A stretch of 64,000 nt of DNA from NCBI GenBank assembly GCA_013265495.1, contig PNXW01001157.1, positions 1 through 64,000 on the forward strand. The letters run 5' to 3'. The position numbers were made by a program, and so were the translations under genes. Of this stretch, positions 49,991 through 64,000 are shown piece by piece. Numbering within the stretch: the stretch's first letter is position 1; every line of letters starts with the position of its first letter. The notes beneath the pieces are model-generated. The model did not search any database. It was not told the origin of the DNA and worked only from the letters and a program-made list of their open reading frames with translations. The stretch is from Vicugna vicugna. Lineage: Eukaryota.

Positions 49991-52846
49991 CTTTTGAACA
50001 GCAAAGATGCCTAAAAGGATCTCAAATCATTTATTCTTCACTCATTGAATAAACAAAATTGACTACGTATTTTAAATAGGTCTGTACCAGCACTATGTTA
50101 AATGCAGAGCATGCGAAGTTGAATACAGCAGGGTGTCTGCGCTCTAAAGGTTTATAATCTGGTAAACACCTTGATTATCTGTTAATACATTAGTGATAAC
50201 AACCAACTGTAAGCATTAACAACAAGATAGTCCCTTGGTTTTCCAGGAGTATGGAAGGGAATGCTTATGGCGAACTTAGATTCTAGGGAAAATTAACCTT
50301 CTCCTGTCTCACCATGCTGCCAAAAGCTAGGATGGGCTGGCGCTGGCTATCCAGCAGGCAGATTAAACATCCAGTTAAGACATCAGGGGGCAGGGTCATG
50401 GAAATGGAGATACAAATATAAAAATTGATATTAAAATAAAATTTACATTAAATAAATCATCTAAGCATGGGAAAAATCAAAATTTAGTTGAAAGTCCTTG
50501 CAATTATCTTTTGGTTTAATTTCTTTCTTTCTTTTTTTAAATGAGACATCGAGGGAGCTGGCCATGAGTGTCAGGATAGCACAGTAATGTTAGAGGCAGA
50601 TTGCCTAGTTTTGAATCTGACTTTGCCACTTACTGTGTGTCTTTGGACATTTAGCTTCTGTGTGCCTCAGTTTTCTCATTCGTGAATTGGGATGATGATA
50701 GTATATGCTAATGTAATAAAGTGTTTAGAACAATTTCTGGCATCCAATAAGCATAATCCAAATGTTGGCTATGATTATGACCCCTGAAAGTCTTATCTGG
50801 CTGTAGCTCTGGCGTATCACTGTCTTACATGCTATGTTTGACACACTTGCTAGGAAAAGACATGCTAAATATTTTTACCTTCAGACACTAATGCAGGAGA
50901 TGCCTCCTTGCCTGGCCCTCTTACACCTGTTGTGGAAGGGCAAGAGATTGGAATGAATACTGAGACCAGCACTTCTAGGGAAAAAGAGCTCCCTCCCCTG
51001 TCTGGCCTCCCTTCTAAGGTAGGTAGCATGTAAGTCTGGCCCAGCTACACTAACTTCCTTTCTTTTGACTTTTTTTTAAAATATGCATGTTGCTAATTTC
51101 TTGCTTCTATTTTTTTTGATTATGTAAATAAGATCTTCAGTTTTCAAAGTAATTTCTGCTAGGTGTGGTGTCCCCTAATTTTTTGTATTCAGAATAATTT
51201 AAATGAGATGATTTTGTTGAAATTGCTTTGTCCTATTTCTAAGTTTTAGGGTCTTTCTTAAAGAGTATCATTTTTATTAAGGCTGAGATGTGAATTACAG
51301 ACAAAATTTATTAAGAAACAGATGTAGGTTAAAGTGACACCTATAAAGTCATTACATCAAACAGAACCTTGAAGACTCTTCAGTTTGCTCTAAATCATGG
51401 TACATCCTCATTCCAAGAGCCTGGGCAGGTGTGTAGACTTTTGCTGACACTGTTAAAGAAAAATGCAGATGTCGATTACCAGCTTAATACATTTTGAACT
51501 TTCCTAATTCTTTGTCTTGAAGACATTGCATGTCTGGATGTCTGGGATGAGTGTGTACACAAAGTAGTGTTATTGTGTTATTAAAGAGTTGAAGGAGGGA
51601 ACATTTCACATCTATGATAATCTTAACAAGAAACATTCTATTCAAAACAGATTTTATTTAGAAATTGTTCATAATTATCTTGAGAAGTAAGATTTTCCTA
51701 CACAGGCCAGTGTGTGTGTGTGTGTGTGTGTTTGTTGTTAGTTGTATTAAAACTAGATCAGTCATTCACTGGTAAAGATGTTTAATGACTTTTTTTCAAA
51801 CTAACTCTCACATATGATCTAGCAATTGATTTATTGGATGAACACATGACTGCACTGAGAAATAGTGCCAAAAAAGTGGCACACACTAGATGACTCTGCA
51901 GCTAATAAAATATAACAAACTCCCCACCCCTAGCTTGAATATCTCTTTCCCATAACTTTCTCCATCTTATGAAGGTATTTTCATTGTCTTCCATTCAGTA
52001 AGCCCATCTGCTACCTTTAGTTCTAAAATTAATTTTGATGGTGGCAGAACTTTCTCGCTGTGCTTGAGGTGGCCTGTGTGATTAACAATTGAATTTGCTG
52101 ATACAGATTGCTAACCAGTATGGCTTATGGCTTCAGTGCTTTTTTGATAAGATAACAGTAGAAGAAATGCTTTTGGTGAAGATAGTGATACAGAACTGAG
52201 ATCAGATTTTAGGAACTCCCAGGTGTTCAGCATTTAGTCTGTCAGATGAATAGAGACTTTTGGAACTTCAAGATTAAATCTATGACCTGGAATCCAGAAT
52301 TCAGGTAATACCTTCTTTTTGCCTTTTTCTTTTAAATAATGTTATCATTTGTGACAGGTTGTGGAAAATATCTTATACATACTGTCTCTTCACATGACTT
52401 ATTTTCAAGTTTTCATCAATTAAGATGCTTGTGTAATTCTGTACATATTTAAGAGATGGTCATGTGCTGGTGCAATGACTCTTATAACCCATTATTGCAG
52501 GACTTTGATTGCATAAAATAAAATAATTTACCTAAGTAGGCCTTATGATTTAAGTGATGCAGAACTTCTAAAATGTAATTTCCTCTGGTTAGAAAAATCA
52601 GGCACATGAAGTTTAGTTACATTTAGTTCTCACTTTCAAGTAGGAATCACTGTAAGCCCATTCTGAGCATCCTGCTTTCTAATTCTTTAGTGTTTTTTTC
52701 CTTATTAGTATAACTAGCCAAGGACAGCAAAATTTCATTTCTTTCCAATTAAAGTTTATTACCACTATACACAAAAATCAGTCTTAAATTGTTAGTTACA
52801 TAGCCATCATTCAAGAATATTTTTTAACCAAAATTTATATAGCTAA

Positions 52847-53339
52847 TGTTGACTGAAATAAACATGCAGCCTAAAAGTTAAAAGTTATGTTTTATTTGTC
52901 GGGTGGGCTCGAGCCGGGATGACAGCCTCTCAGATCGCTCTGAGGGACTGCTTCCAAGAGGTAGGGGAGGAGCTAGGATATATAGAAGCTTTACAACAAA
53001 GACCAGGTAGTTGGAACAATAAAGGATTGCTTGTTATCTAAAGAGAATCAGGCATCTCAAGTTAAAGAATTTAGTGCTTTTCTATTTATGGGAGGAAGCA
53101 AACATTTGGGCTCACTGAATTCATTCCTTTGACAAGCACCTAGCTATCTAGGGCCAGTATCCTGTCCTTTCTTATTCTGAGTCTGCTTAAAGGGCACCAT
53201 TGTGAGTGGCTGCAGGGGTGGGCTGCAGACCTGTCCCCACTAGGGGGTGGCGGCAGCCGCTGATGACTTGGTTTCAGCATTCTATGTTTACTGATATGTT
53301 TGCAGTATTTTCATTCACATTGCAGTATTTTCGTTCACA
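52847..53339 (-). mobile_element. ERV1-class solo LTR
   Basis: TG...CA termini, 4-bp TSD CTAA (52843-52846, 53340-53343), minus-strand TATA-like and AATAAA motifs. Confidence 0.85.
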
Positions 53340-55189
53340 CTAACTAATACTTAAATACTAGTTAAGTAAAATATTTTTGTGCTCACCTGTAGTATTTTTT
53401 TCTGACTCTGTAATAATAATTAATTAAATTTTCTTGTTTCTCATATTCTGATATTCTAATATTTTTGTTCTTGCAAAATTGTAAAGGCTATTTTTCTTCA
53501 ACTAAAGCAGTTTTAATCAAACTTAAGCACATTTAAAATTTAAAAATTCATGTTAGCCTTTTGGTCGTATAACATTGATGTTTATGTTCAAAGATAACAG
53601 GCTTATATATTTTTGATAAGATTGACAATTTAAAAATTAAATATAAAGTTGTCAAGCTCCCATTAATTAAAAATAACTTGTGTAATATTTTCCTATCCCA
53701 GTTCTATCTTTTATTCCCTAGTAACCTTTTTCAAGTTCTAGTTAGTAATCTATTAAAAATTTAGGTTGAATTGCCAAAGTTATATGTATATATTTAAAAT
53801 TAGATGACTACAGAATCTTTTTTTCTCTTAGTTCCAGACAGTCGTCTCTATCAGAAAAACCAACAGAGCCTCCCCCATAACAAGGAGAAGGGCATGTGAG
53901 AAAGCAGAAAACCCAAAGACCAAGGAACTAAGGCAGCCAGTTGCTAATGCTTTTTTACCTGATAGATTGTATAAAATGTCAGCTGCACTGAGATGCTAAA
54001 GGACAGCAGTGGGATGATTTTCCATATTCAGGCTGGCTCTGGGATTTCAACTTAAGACAGTCAAATCAGCTGTTGGCTTGTGGTCTTCTGATTTTCTTGG
54101 CCACACACATACCTGTAAATAAAATCAAGCAACTGTTCCTGATCATGTACTCTGATTTATTTTTCAATTATTTGTGTATGTCATTGTAGAGCTAATATAG
54201 CTTTGAGGAGAGGTTTATTAAAACTGTAATTCAAATAGTCTTCTAGAAAACTTTGAAATTAACTTTGACTGTTATCTGATAAAACAGATATTGATTTCAC
54301 CTCTTTAAATTGGTTGAAAAAAATCTAGTGTTAGAAGATGTGTGAGTTATGCTATTTTCTTGCTGTTCTCTCATATTTAAATGGATATTATCCTTAATTT
54401 TTTTTTTGTTGAAATCTTTTAAAAGCTATGTGTGTGTTTTCTGAGGGTTAACTTGTTTTGTGAGGCTTAGTCTGCCTAACAGTATATAATATAATCCGAT
54501 GGTCCACTTACCTGGGCATTTGTAAATTGCAACACCACAACATGCAGAAAGTTATAAATGGGTTAGAGCCACTGTACCTTTCTACCATGTGGCACACTCA
54601 CCTTTCCCTCAGGTCACCTAACGAACTGCATATGGCAGGTAGATCCCTGACATGGTCTTGAGTGAGAGCATCAATGGCAATCTCCTTTCAAATATTGGCA
54701 AAGCTAAGTCTTCAATATAAAATAAATATAAAAAGAAGTCTTGGGGTATTTTCTATACCCAAGTGAATAACCTTATACCATCCCCCTACCCGTACCATCA
54801 TGCACACTCTCTACTTTGACCACTGGTTTAGCTGCCTTGAATATCATGGAAATTATTCTAATCATCCTTGCTTCCTGTATTTAAAGATGTAATTTACCTT
54901 TTTTTTTACTGAATCAAATATCTCAAGAATAATTAGGAGATAAGGGATGGAGCAAATAAGTAATTTAAAAATAAATGAATTTATCAGTTGAATAAGCAAA
55001 TCCCTCTTAATCTCTCAGGGTCTGTTTCCTCATCTATAAAGTGAGCATCTTGGTCTCAATTGTAAAATTGTATAATTTTAAATTTGCCTTGCTTTATTCA
55101 TACCAAGTTTAGATTTCAGCAGACAGAACTTTTTCTTTAGTGCCATCTTGTGGCCAATGTAACACAATCCAATGGGAAATTTTTTTTTC

Positions 55190-55380
55190 TTTACTTTTTT
55201 TATTGAGATGTGTCCATTTCCAGTGTAGAGCACAATTTTTCAGTTGTACATGAACATACATATATGCATTGTCACATTCTTTTTCACTGTGACCTACCAC
55301 AAGATACATTTCCCTATGCTATGCAGCAGAATCTTGGTTATCTATTCTACAGATGCCTGTCAGTATCTACAAATTTGAAA
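55190..55380 (-). mobile_element. Short L1 3' end
   Basis: T tract followed by TTCCAGTGTAGAGCACAATTTTTCAGTT, same family as the 10531 and 14172 copies. Confidence 0.85.
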
Positions 55381-55526
55381 AAATTTTAATTAAATTGTTC
55401 AGAGTGCATTTTATCTTATGAGAAAGAAAGGAAAGAAAGAATTCTTTAATGAGAACCTTTTTTTTAAAAAAGCATATTTCTTATAACATTTCTAACAAGT
55501 AAAAGCCAACAAAGCCGCCTACTTAA

Positions 55527-55673
<147 letters not shown>

Positions 55674-58600
55674 TAAGTTATTATGTAAAAGAGTCCCAAC
55701 TATTGATTATAATATTCCTGAGCTTTTCAATACAATCTTGAGAGAACATTTAGCCCTCTCTCTGTGTGGGAGATGGAGTCTGACTTGTGAACTCGTGCTG
55801 TACTTTATGTGTTTTTCCAGTGGGGAATGAACCATATACACAAAATTAGATGAATTTATTTTCCTACTGAACATTATTCCCTGCTGTAGATTTGCAATGC
55901 TCCACTTCAGCACTTGCCTTGCCTTTTCCTTTTGCAGGTCAATTAGAATTGAAATATCTTTGCGATCACTTGAAGTTGAAATTTCTTGGGATTCTTCACC
56001 TTCGTTGAGCCCATAAAAGCCTCTAATCCGGCTAGCCTGTATTGAAGAGGCAAACTATTTTACCTTTGGTGGATATAACATCTTACAGAGACCGTGTCAC
56101 ATATGTGTAACATGTTACCATTTGGTTGTTCCACAAATCCACCACAAAACTTGAGTCATTTTGTTCTTGGAAAAAAAGAGTACCATTATGGGTGGAGGGG
56201 GTAGAACTCAGGGTGGACTGTTGGGGAAGAAAATTTGGAGGGCTATGGAAAATATAATTTTCATCAAATTTGAAGTGAAAAAATATTCCCACATTGAGCC
56301 AGAATCTCTCTTGTAAGAATTTCATAGTAACAGTGTTGCCATAAGGTATTTATTAACTCTGACTTGTCTGCTTTGATTTTGAATTATAACATTGTGGATG
56401 TATGTCCTTGATGTCCAGTCTCCCACACCAATTTGTTTTCTATGCTATGATTTTCATATATATATATGAATCGTTCATATATATATATATGAACGATTTT
56501 GAAATTTACAGAATACTGCCTGGTATGTTTAGATCATGCTAAATGGCTCTGTAGACTTAGAGAGATACAACATTATTTTGAAATAATCTTTAATCTACTT
56601 AATTTATGGGTAAAATTCTTGATTAGATTTTAATATAGTTTAATCAGTAGATGATATGTCCTTTAAAATGATCTAGTTAGGTGATGTTTTTAAATTTAAA
56701 AACAAATATTAAAAGATTCTTGAACATTGTTAAATCATACCTCTCAGTTAATTGAGAAAAGAGTAGAACATTAGGAATGTCTTTAGGAAGTCCATTTTCA
56801 CTAGTGATATGAAGAATTGCTAAATTTTGTCTACCTTGTATTTACAGTAGTAACATTTTGTCAGTCTTTTGGTAATCGTGACAGTCTAATCATAGTTCCA
56901 TGTTTTTTACTGAAATAGTTTATGAGCTGCCAATCATTTGACTGCATTACCATCTCTATAAAATAAAACTTAGAATGACTTACTACCCCAAACCCTCACC
57001 TACCTTTTGAATCAATTTCTTTGGGCCCCTTTTTGAGACTAGCATATTTCACCTGCTAGAAGTTAGGTCCCACACATTGTTTCTGATGACGTGACATGCG
57101 AGCACCCACTCTGTTCTCATCCTTCCCAAGCCTACTGTATGACACTACATGCTAAATATTCAGTATCATAATAACCAGCCTTACTGTCAGTCCTGGAGAA
57201 CTGAGGGTCAGGCTGACAGGAATGGCTCAGCTATTTTTAAAATCCCACCAAAACCTCCCCGCTGTTACTGAGGGACTGGCTAGGCAGAAGGCCACCATGT
57301 TTTTGAGATGAGTTAAATCAAAGTTTATTAAATTTTGACTGATTCGCTCCCCACGCATTCATGTATTTGTGTAACTTTCATATGAGACTCTACAGTAATT
57401 ATCAAGAGGAATGAAATTCATTAATGTTTAGTGAAGTGGGAAAAGTTTCCTGGTACTAGTCAGATTAAATAGCACCTTGAAGTGATGGACTTCAGTTACC
57501 TGACGGTGTTCCTCTTCAGGGCCTACATTTTAGAAAGCAAGGACAGATAGGTTCCATGAATCAGTAATAGACCCCCCCAAATCTTGGTAGAAAACATAAG
57601 AACAAAATATTTTAGCTAATTTAGGTGTCTATTGAACTTGCTGATATCCAGCTCAAAAAGGAAAGCAGGGCCCACTAAAGGAAATGTTTGCTGTGTTTCT
57701 ATTATTCATACCAATGCATCAGCTCAGCCTCAGTGTCCGCCTGTTACCATCTGTAGTCTTTCTCCTCACAATTCTGACTCTTTCCTTGTAGGTCTGATGA
57801 CAGTGACTCTTCTCTGTCGGAGGTACACGGGGACTTTCTCTCTTTCCTACTTTATGGCCTTTCAGTGATGTTTTAAAATGCCTTCCTAGAAACTTTAAGC
57901 AAGTCTCATTTTTGTTGCATTCATAAATGATAAATGTCAGTGCACTAATATTTTTAACCATAAATTTTAATATATATTAAATATATTTTTATGATCATAA
58001 CTCTCAAAGTAGTGGCAGATTTTTTTGTATAATAACATAAAAAATTGTGCTATTTGTTTTCTGTCTATAACCTAAAAGTTTTCTTTAAAAGAAATTAAGT
58101 TCTAAGAAAATTAATTTCCTCAATGAATATTGCCCCCTCAAAGTGTGGGAGATGAATAAGGTAGTTTTCGTGTTGGTTTATCGATCTTAAATAAGCAGTT
58201 TATGGCAGACTTTGTGATGAAAAAAAGATATGCAAAGGGAAAAATGATACTATGATACCTAAAATATAGAAAGAAATAGAAAGAAAAAGTTTTTAAAAAA
58301 TAATAAATATTTTAAACTAGTAAATGCTATTTTAGAAATAACAATGTTGCATTTTTTTCACATTATGGATTTTTTTGGACCCTTAATTTATTTTTCTTTC
58401 TATCATTTCCTCTTTCTACTAATCATTTTGTCTCCTTTCTCTTTGCACTTTTCCCCATGTTTTATGGCCATTTTCCTGATCATCAGTAGATCCTCCAGAA
58501 GGTAGGCAGGGGAAGGGAGAGGAAATTAATGTCATTCAAAGAATTCCAAGATTTTACTGGTTTTGCTTGGAACAAAAATAAGCATTATTTTTTCCTTCAG

Positions 58601-61600
58601 ATTAGATATATTGAGTAAGTTTGCAATATTTAACCTTAACTTAAACTATTTTAAAGTTGATTTACATATTTCAAAATGTGAATAGATTAATTTTACTAGA
58701 AAAGAAATACCATGGATGTATGTTTCCAATTTCTGTTTCTTTCTATTATCTTTGATATAAGGTAATCTCTATAAAATATTAACCCTAATATTCTGAATAT
58801 ATGAGAGTGTTTTTCAGTATCTAATGAATAAAATTCTCAATTTACTGTTGAAATTGTTTTTCTTCAAAGGTCTGAAAAAATAAAAGACGTAAGAATGAAA
58901 AAGAGACATCCTCTAGGGCTGCGCCATACATTAAATCACTGGAGGCAAATATTTACTTTTGTAATATTACAACCTTTGACATGACAGAATTGTGTTGGAT
59001 GTTATGTCATGAGGGGAACACTTAATAGACTCTTAGGATAAAGAGAGTAATCTGAATGAAGGCAATTTTTTGGAGACATAATATTATATAACTGAGGGTG
59101 CTGTTTAGTTTTTTCTCCCTTAGGATGACTTGAGTCATTAAATGCAGATCATGCAGCTCTTAGGCTGTTAACGTGAAGTTTTTTTCTTTATAATCAGCTT
59201 CTTAGATTATGCATACATACATACATATTCTGTTTTTGAAGTAACAGTAGCAGTTGACTGTGTATTAGATCATAGTTTTCAACATGTGAAGCAATAGTTA
59301 CAATTTGATGGCTTCAGTTCATAGCTTTTAAACCCCACATCAGTTAAGATTTTGAAATGGCAGATTCAGACTTTTGAGAAGGTTTTGCTCCCATTTCAGT
59401 TCTGGTTAAATTCTTAGATTACCAACAAGTTACTGAGCATTAGTTTCAAAAACCTCAAATTGATGCATGTATGCAAATAATACTTTGGATTTTGTCATTA
59501 CACGTCCATGTGATTACAGTTCCTGGTATTATTTCTAGTAATGAGGAACTTCCTTCATTTTTTGAAATCATTATAACTAAACCCTAAAAATAAAGGATTT
59601 TTAAAAATCCTGAGCCTAAATTTACTTCCGTTAAATTTCTGTTCATTGGCCTTTCATCAGCCTTCTTGAGCCATATTAGAATTAATCCAGTACATCTTTT
59701 TATAGGTATCTGACAGATCTTTTAAATATTCAGCCATTTAACTGTGCTTTTGTATGCTCTCTGTAATGAAAGCTCTCATATCATCTCAGAAGTTTTAGAT
59801 TCATCTGTTCCTAATAAGATATAGTCTAGGATCTGCTTCCACAGTTTTGGAAAATCTCCCATTTTTCAGAGTTCTTCTTAGAATGTGGCATCCGGAGCTC
59901 AACCTCACTCCAGATGTGGCCTCAGCAGAATATAGTAACTCTCTTGCTTTCTTCTGAAATATTTACCTCTATTGCACAAGTCATTGAAAATGTTGGTAGG
60001 GGAATCAAAAATTGTTAAGCCACTGATCTCATATCAATAAACAAGCTTCTTTAGCTTGTAAATTGAGTTAAGTCCCTTTCCTACTTGGGGCATTCTCTTC
60101 TCTCTTCAACTTAAATTTTATGTTTAAATTTTTTCCATTGAATATTTTAGTGCTAGGTATGTACTTAAATGACCTTTGTTTGTAATTTTTTCTAGGCAGT
60201 GCATTGCTTTAATATATCAATTTAATACACAGGCCATGTCTGTCTTTGTTTCTGAGGACAGATTGACTAGGCATTGAAGGCCTCTTTCCAGACTGGCAGG
60301 AACATGGACCCTTTAGGTGTGATTCCTCAACCACTGGTGGAACTACCTTCCTACAATAGGGTTTTACTTACTTCATCTGCAAGGATATCATTTGAAAAGC
60401 TTTTTGTATGGACCTTTTTGGAGTCAACATATGTTGTGAATATGACATTCCCCTAATATGCTGCCTGTTAATTCTACAAAGAACTTCCCCATGAGATTAG
60501 TGAGCTCATGTTATCTCTTATAGATGAACATCTAAGTGTTTATAATTATGTAATGTTTTCCTCTGTGAGACTCAACAAGAGTTACCCATCTGTAATCTCT
60601 GAAATCCACTATGTTTCTCCTTTCTAGAAAACTGGGTCTATGTGTTTTATCCCCTTTATTGATCCTTTTAGTGTCCCAACAATGATTTTGCCTCCACAAT
60701 GGTGTATACTTTCAAAACCTTGTGACATAATGTTTCAGAAACAGAAGTACTGGAACTCATTGAACAAGTCTTCATTATCAGTTCTAACTTATCTTGGGCT
60801 TATATTTCTTCTGAATTATCCCTGCCCCTTGCATCATGAAGGTTGTTCTCACTCATCAAGAAGAAGGAAACAGACAGCTTAGTTTCATGCCTGCACCTGC
60901 CCTCATATTATGCCACCTGTCTTAGATGATGGGCATATTTCAGCATAATTTTTCTTATGCTCTGAGCAAAGTTACATTCATCTTATATACTTATCATGTC
61001 TTAATTCACACTCATCTTTAGTCTTCCTCTTACATTTATTTCAGTTCAGATCCTGTCTTAAATTCCTTTAGGATAGGGACAGTGTTTTGATAAACTTTCT
61101 ATTTCCATAGTTCATAGTCCAATGGCATAAAGCAGAAACTTCAGAAATATTAAATTTATCAGAAAGCTCCCTAAAGAGCCTCACTGTTCTCTTAAAATTT
61201 TACTCTTAAAATTTTTTTCTTTTACACTTTTAAGAGTTTTTAAAGTTTTTGCTATTTTTGAGCCATTCTCCCTTTAGAATTTCTGTCTATGTAAATATTC
61301 ATATATTTCTTCAAATTGGTTTGAAATTTGCTTTCGTAGTATTTTAGGTGGTATGTGTTACGCTTTCTCCAGGATGTATTTTTGGACATAGAATTATATT
61401 CTAGCCTGATAGAGAGTCACATCTTCCAGTCAGCCATCATTTATACTTTCTTACCTGTCAGAATTCACTATACCTGAACAGCTCCCAATATTACTTCATG
61501 AAATTTGAACAAGATGAAATTACTAATAAGAAAATCCGGATGCAGCACTGGCTTTGCTCCTTGCAGAAGGCACCTGCTAACTGACACCTGATTAGTCGGT

Positions 61601-62734
61601 GCACGCCATCACTGCTTTTACTGTTTCACACTGTGTCCCTTTGCTTAAAAAATGAGACAAGGAGCAGTATGGATTTAATTACTATTACTTGGAAAGACTT
61701 CTTAAAGTCAGAGAAAAAAAATTAAAGTAGTTTCATGATACAGCTACTGAAGTAAAGCTTTGTTTTTTTTTTTCTCCCAGCTCAGAGGCATAATCAACCC
61801 ACTTCCAGCTTCAAAAGGAATTGGAATGCCCCACTTCGGTGTGTGCACGTAGCTGAAGGGCACACACAGCTGTGCTCTGTGTGAGGGCTACTGATGCTCT
61901 TCTCTTCACTGGATCAAAGGTACTGGTTGTTGTGTCATGTGGGTACATAACAGATCTTTTAAAAAATGATTACGTTGAGCTGGTTTTGAAAAAAATGTCA
62001 AACTGCTTAAGATTCATAGGAATCTGAGAGATAATCTGGTTCAATCCCTGAATTATATAAAATACAAAATCACTGCATGGTTGGTAAGAAAGTAAAACCT
62101 CTTTTGATGCACTGTGAGTAGAATGGCACGGGGATACATCTCTCTATGGTAATTGAGCATCTAATGCATGCAAAGCCCTGAGCTTAGTAATGCAGGCTGC
62201 GTAAAAATCTATGAAAGGCCATTGCAGAATACAGTGTGACAGAGAGAGTAAGGTGGGTAGCGGCCACCATTTCTTGAGCAGTCCCTGTATGTCAGAGGCT
62301 GTACTGGACAGTATGCAAATTACATCTCACTTATTTCTCACAACAACCCCAATGACGTACATATTGCATCCTCATTTTACAGATGAAAAAATTGAAAATT
62401 TAAGAAGTTAAATAATTTCCCCAGCTACACTTAGAAAGTGGAGGAGCCAGGATTGGAAACCTAGGTCTACTCGTCTCCAAACCTGCACTCTTAACCCCTT
62501 TGGTAAAATGGCAGGCAACTAAAAAAATCAACTATAAATGATTGGAAAATTTATAGACTAGGTTTTGGGGTTTCAGAAAAGGGAGAGATTATGCCAAGCT
62601 GTAAAAAATAAGGAAAGCTTTGATAAGGAGGTGTTTAAGATGAGTCTTACAGGATTGTTGCTATTGACAGGTAAGGACAGGCAACTAAGGTCAGAGAAGA
62701 GCAGAAGCAGAGACGTGGAGGCAGATGTGGATTT

Positions 62735-62846
62735 GGGGGGAGGGGGGTTGTATAGCGCAAGTGGTAGAGCGCGTGCTCAACATACACGATGTCCTGGGTC
62801 CAACCTCCAGTACTTCTCCTAAGCAGAAATAAATGAATAAATCTAA
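62735..62846 (+). mobile_element. tRNA-derived SINE (Vic-1-like)
   Basis: TATAGCGCAAGTGGTAGAGCG...GTCCTGGGTCCAACCTCCAGTAC plus A tail. Confidence 0.85.
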
Positions 62847-64000
62847 TCCTTAAAAAAAAAAAAAAAGGAATTTGGAAATTAAATCCTATTGAGTTGAAAT
62901 GTAGAATATACATGACAATGGGCAATGAGACTAGGAAGGTGAGAAGGAAGCATGTATAAGAATTTGGGGAGCTAGTTAAAGATTTTTAGCATTTAGGGAT
63001 GTTCCAAGACTCAGTTTAATCAGAAAAATTTTTGCTCATTTTCTATGAGGGAAATAAAAGAGTTTAGCTTATGCGTTGTTAATAATTGCAAGCAATTCCC
63101 CTATTAAAAAAAATTTACTCTACAAAAACATAATTTTCTAATGATTCAAGTTAAATTGATTTCTCCAGTATAATTACACATTCAGCATGTCAGAAAAACA
63201 AAATAAAATAGTTTTGTGATTATGTTTTTTGAGTCAAAGATAAAATCCATCCATAAGTGACTCCTGGAAAGAAACGTATGTGTATTTATGAGTATGGAGT
63301 GTTGTCAGGAGGTAAGAGCAGATTTTGAAATGGCTGATTTAGGATGGCTGTTTAAAATTCAGGGGCAATTTGGAGCAAGACTCTTTTCACATATCTATTT
63401 CAAAATTTTGTGTAATTACTTTTTTAATACCGTGTGATGCATCCCTAGCTTTCATCCAATCCTTTACACCTGCTTTGCCCTTGAACCTGTGGCAAGTTAG
63501 AAGTTAGGAGTTAGGATGCCTGTTTCAGGTTAATGGAATAATTACTGTTTCCTTATCTATTTTTTTCTCATAAAAGTCTAATTTAGTTCATATTGACAGT
63601 ATTGCCTCTTTTTTTTGTTTTAGATTGTACTTTTAAAGTATGGAATCTGGTGACTGGGCAGGAGATAATATCACTGAGGGGTCATCCCATCAATGTCATA
63701 TCTGTAAAATACTATAATTATACAAGTTTGGCCTTCACAGCATCAGCATCTTATATTAAGTTGTGGGATATCAGAGACTCAGCAAAGTGCATTCAAGTGC
63801 TAATGTAAGTAACTTAAAGAGAAGCAGCATAAGGGGCAAATAGCCCTTGTTTATAAATATGAGAAAAGATAGGTCTGTGAATGCATTTTTGTTTATTTAT
63901 ACCTGTCTACTTGCAAGTAACATTACAGTGTTTACAGTAAGAATGCCAATAAAGTAAGGTTTAAAAACCTTTTGAGAAAATAATATATAAAAGCTCAATA

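Noticed and set aside
49364..50052. 216-aa and 158-aa Arg/Pro/Gly/Ala-rich ORFs
   Set aside because: Explained by stop-codon scarcity in a CpG island; no recognisable domain

Overview
Mammalian genomic DNA, most likely camelid (Camelus/Vicugna), judged from tRNA-derived Vic-1-like SINEs and ungulate-type L1 3' ends. No intact protein-coding gene is supported. Bases 1-22 kb are mostly L1, LTR, SINE and DNA-transposon remnants. From about 22.8 kb to the end there is a co-oriented (+) mosaic of intron-containing gene fragments: seven decayed COL12A1 exons (FN3-FN3-VWA3, 22.8-28.1 kb), ANKRD26-family exons (33.5-40.5 kb) and eleven KIF21A exons (42.3-63.8 kb, running off the window). The most notable feature is a full-length beta-actin (ACTB) retrocopy inserted into an ANKRD26 exon, in sense orientation and in frame. 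It yields a stop-free ANKRD26-linker-actin(1-281) frame that parallels the primate POTE-actin chimeras. The actin part is diverged and frameshifted further downstream, so present function is unproven. An unexplained CpG island lies at about 49.6-50.0 kb. Gene identities come from manual translation compared with remembered human protein sequences; no database search was run, and repeat boundaries are approximate.
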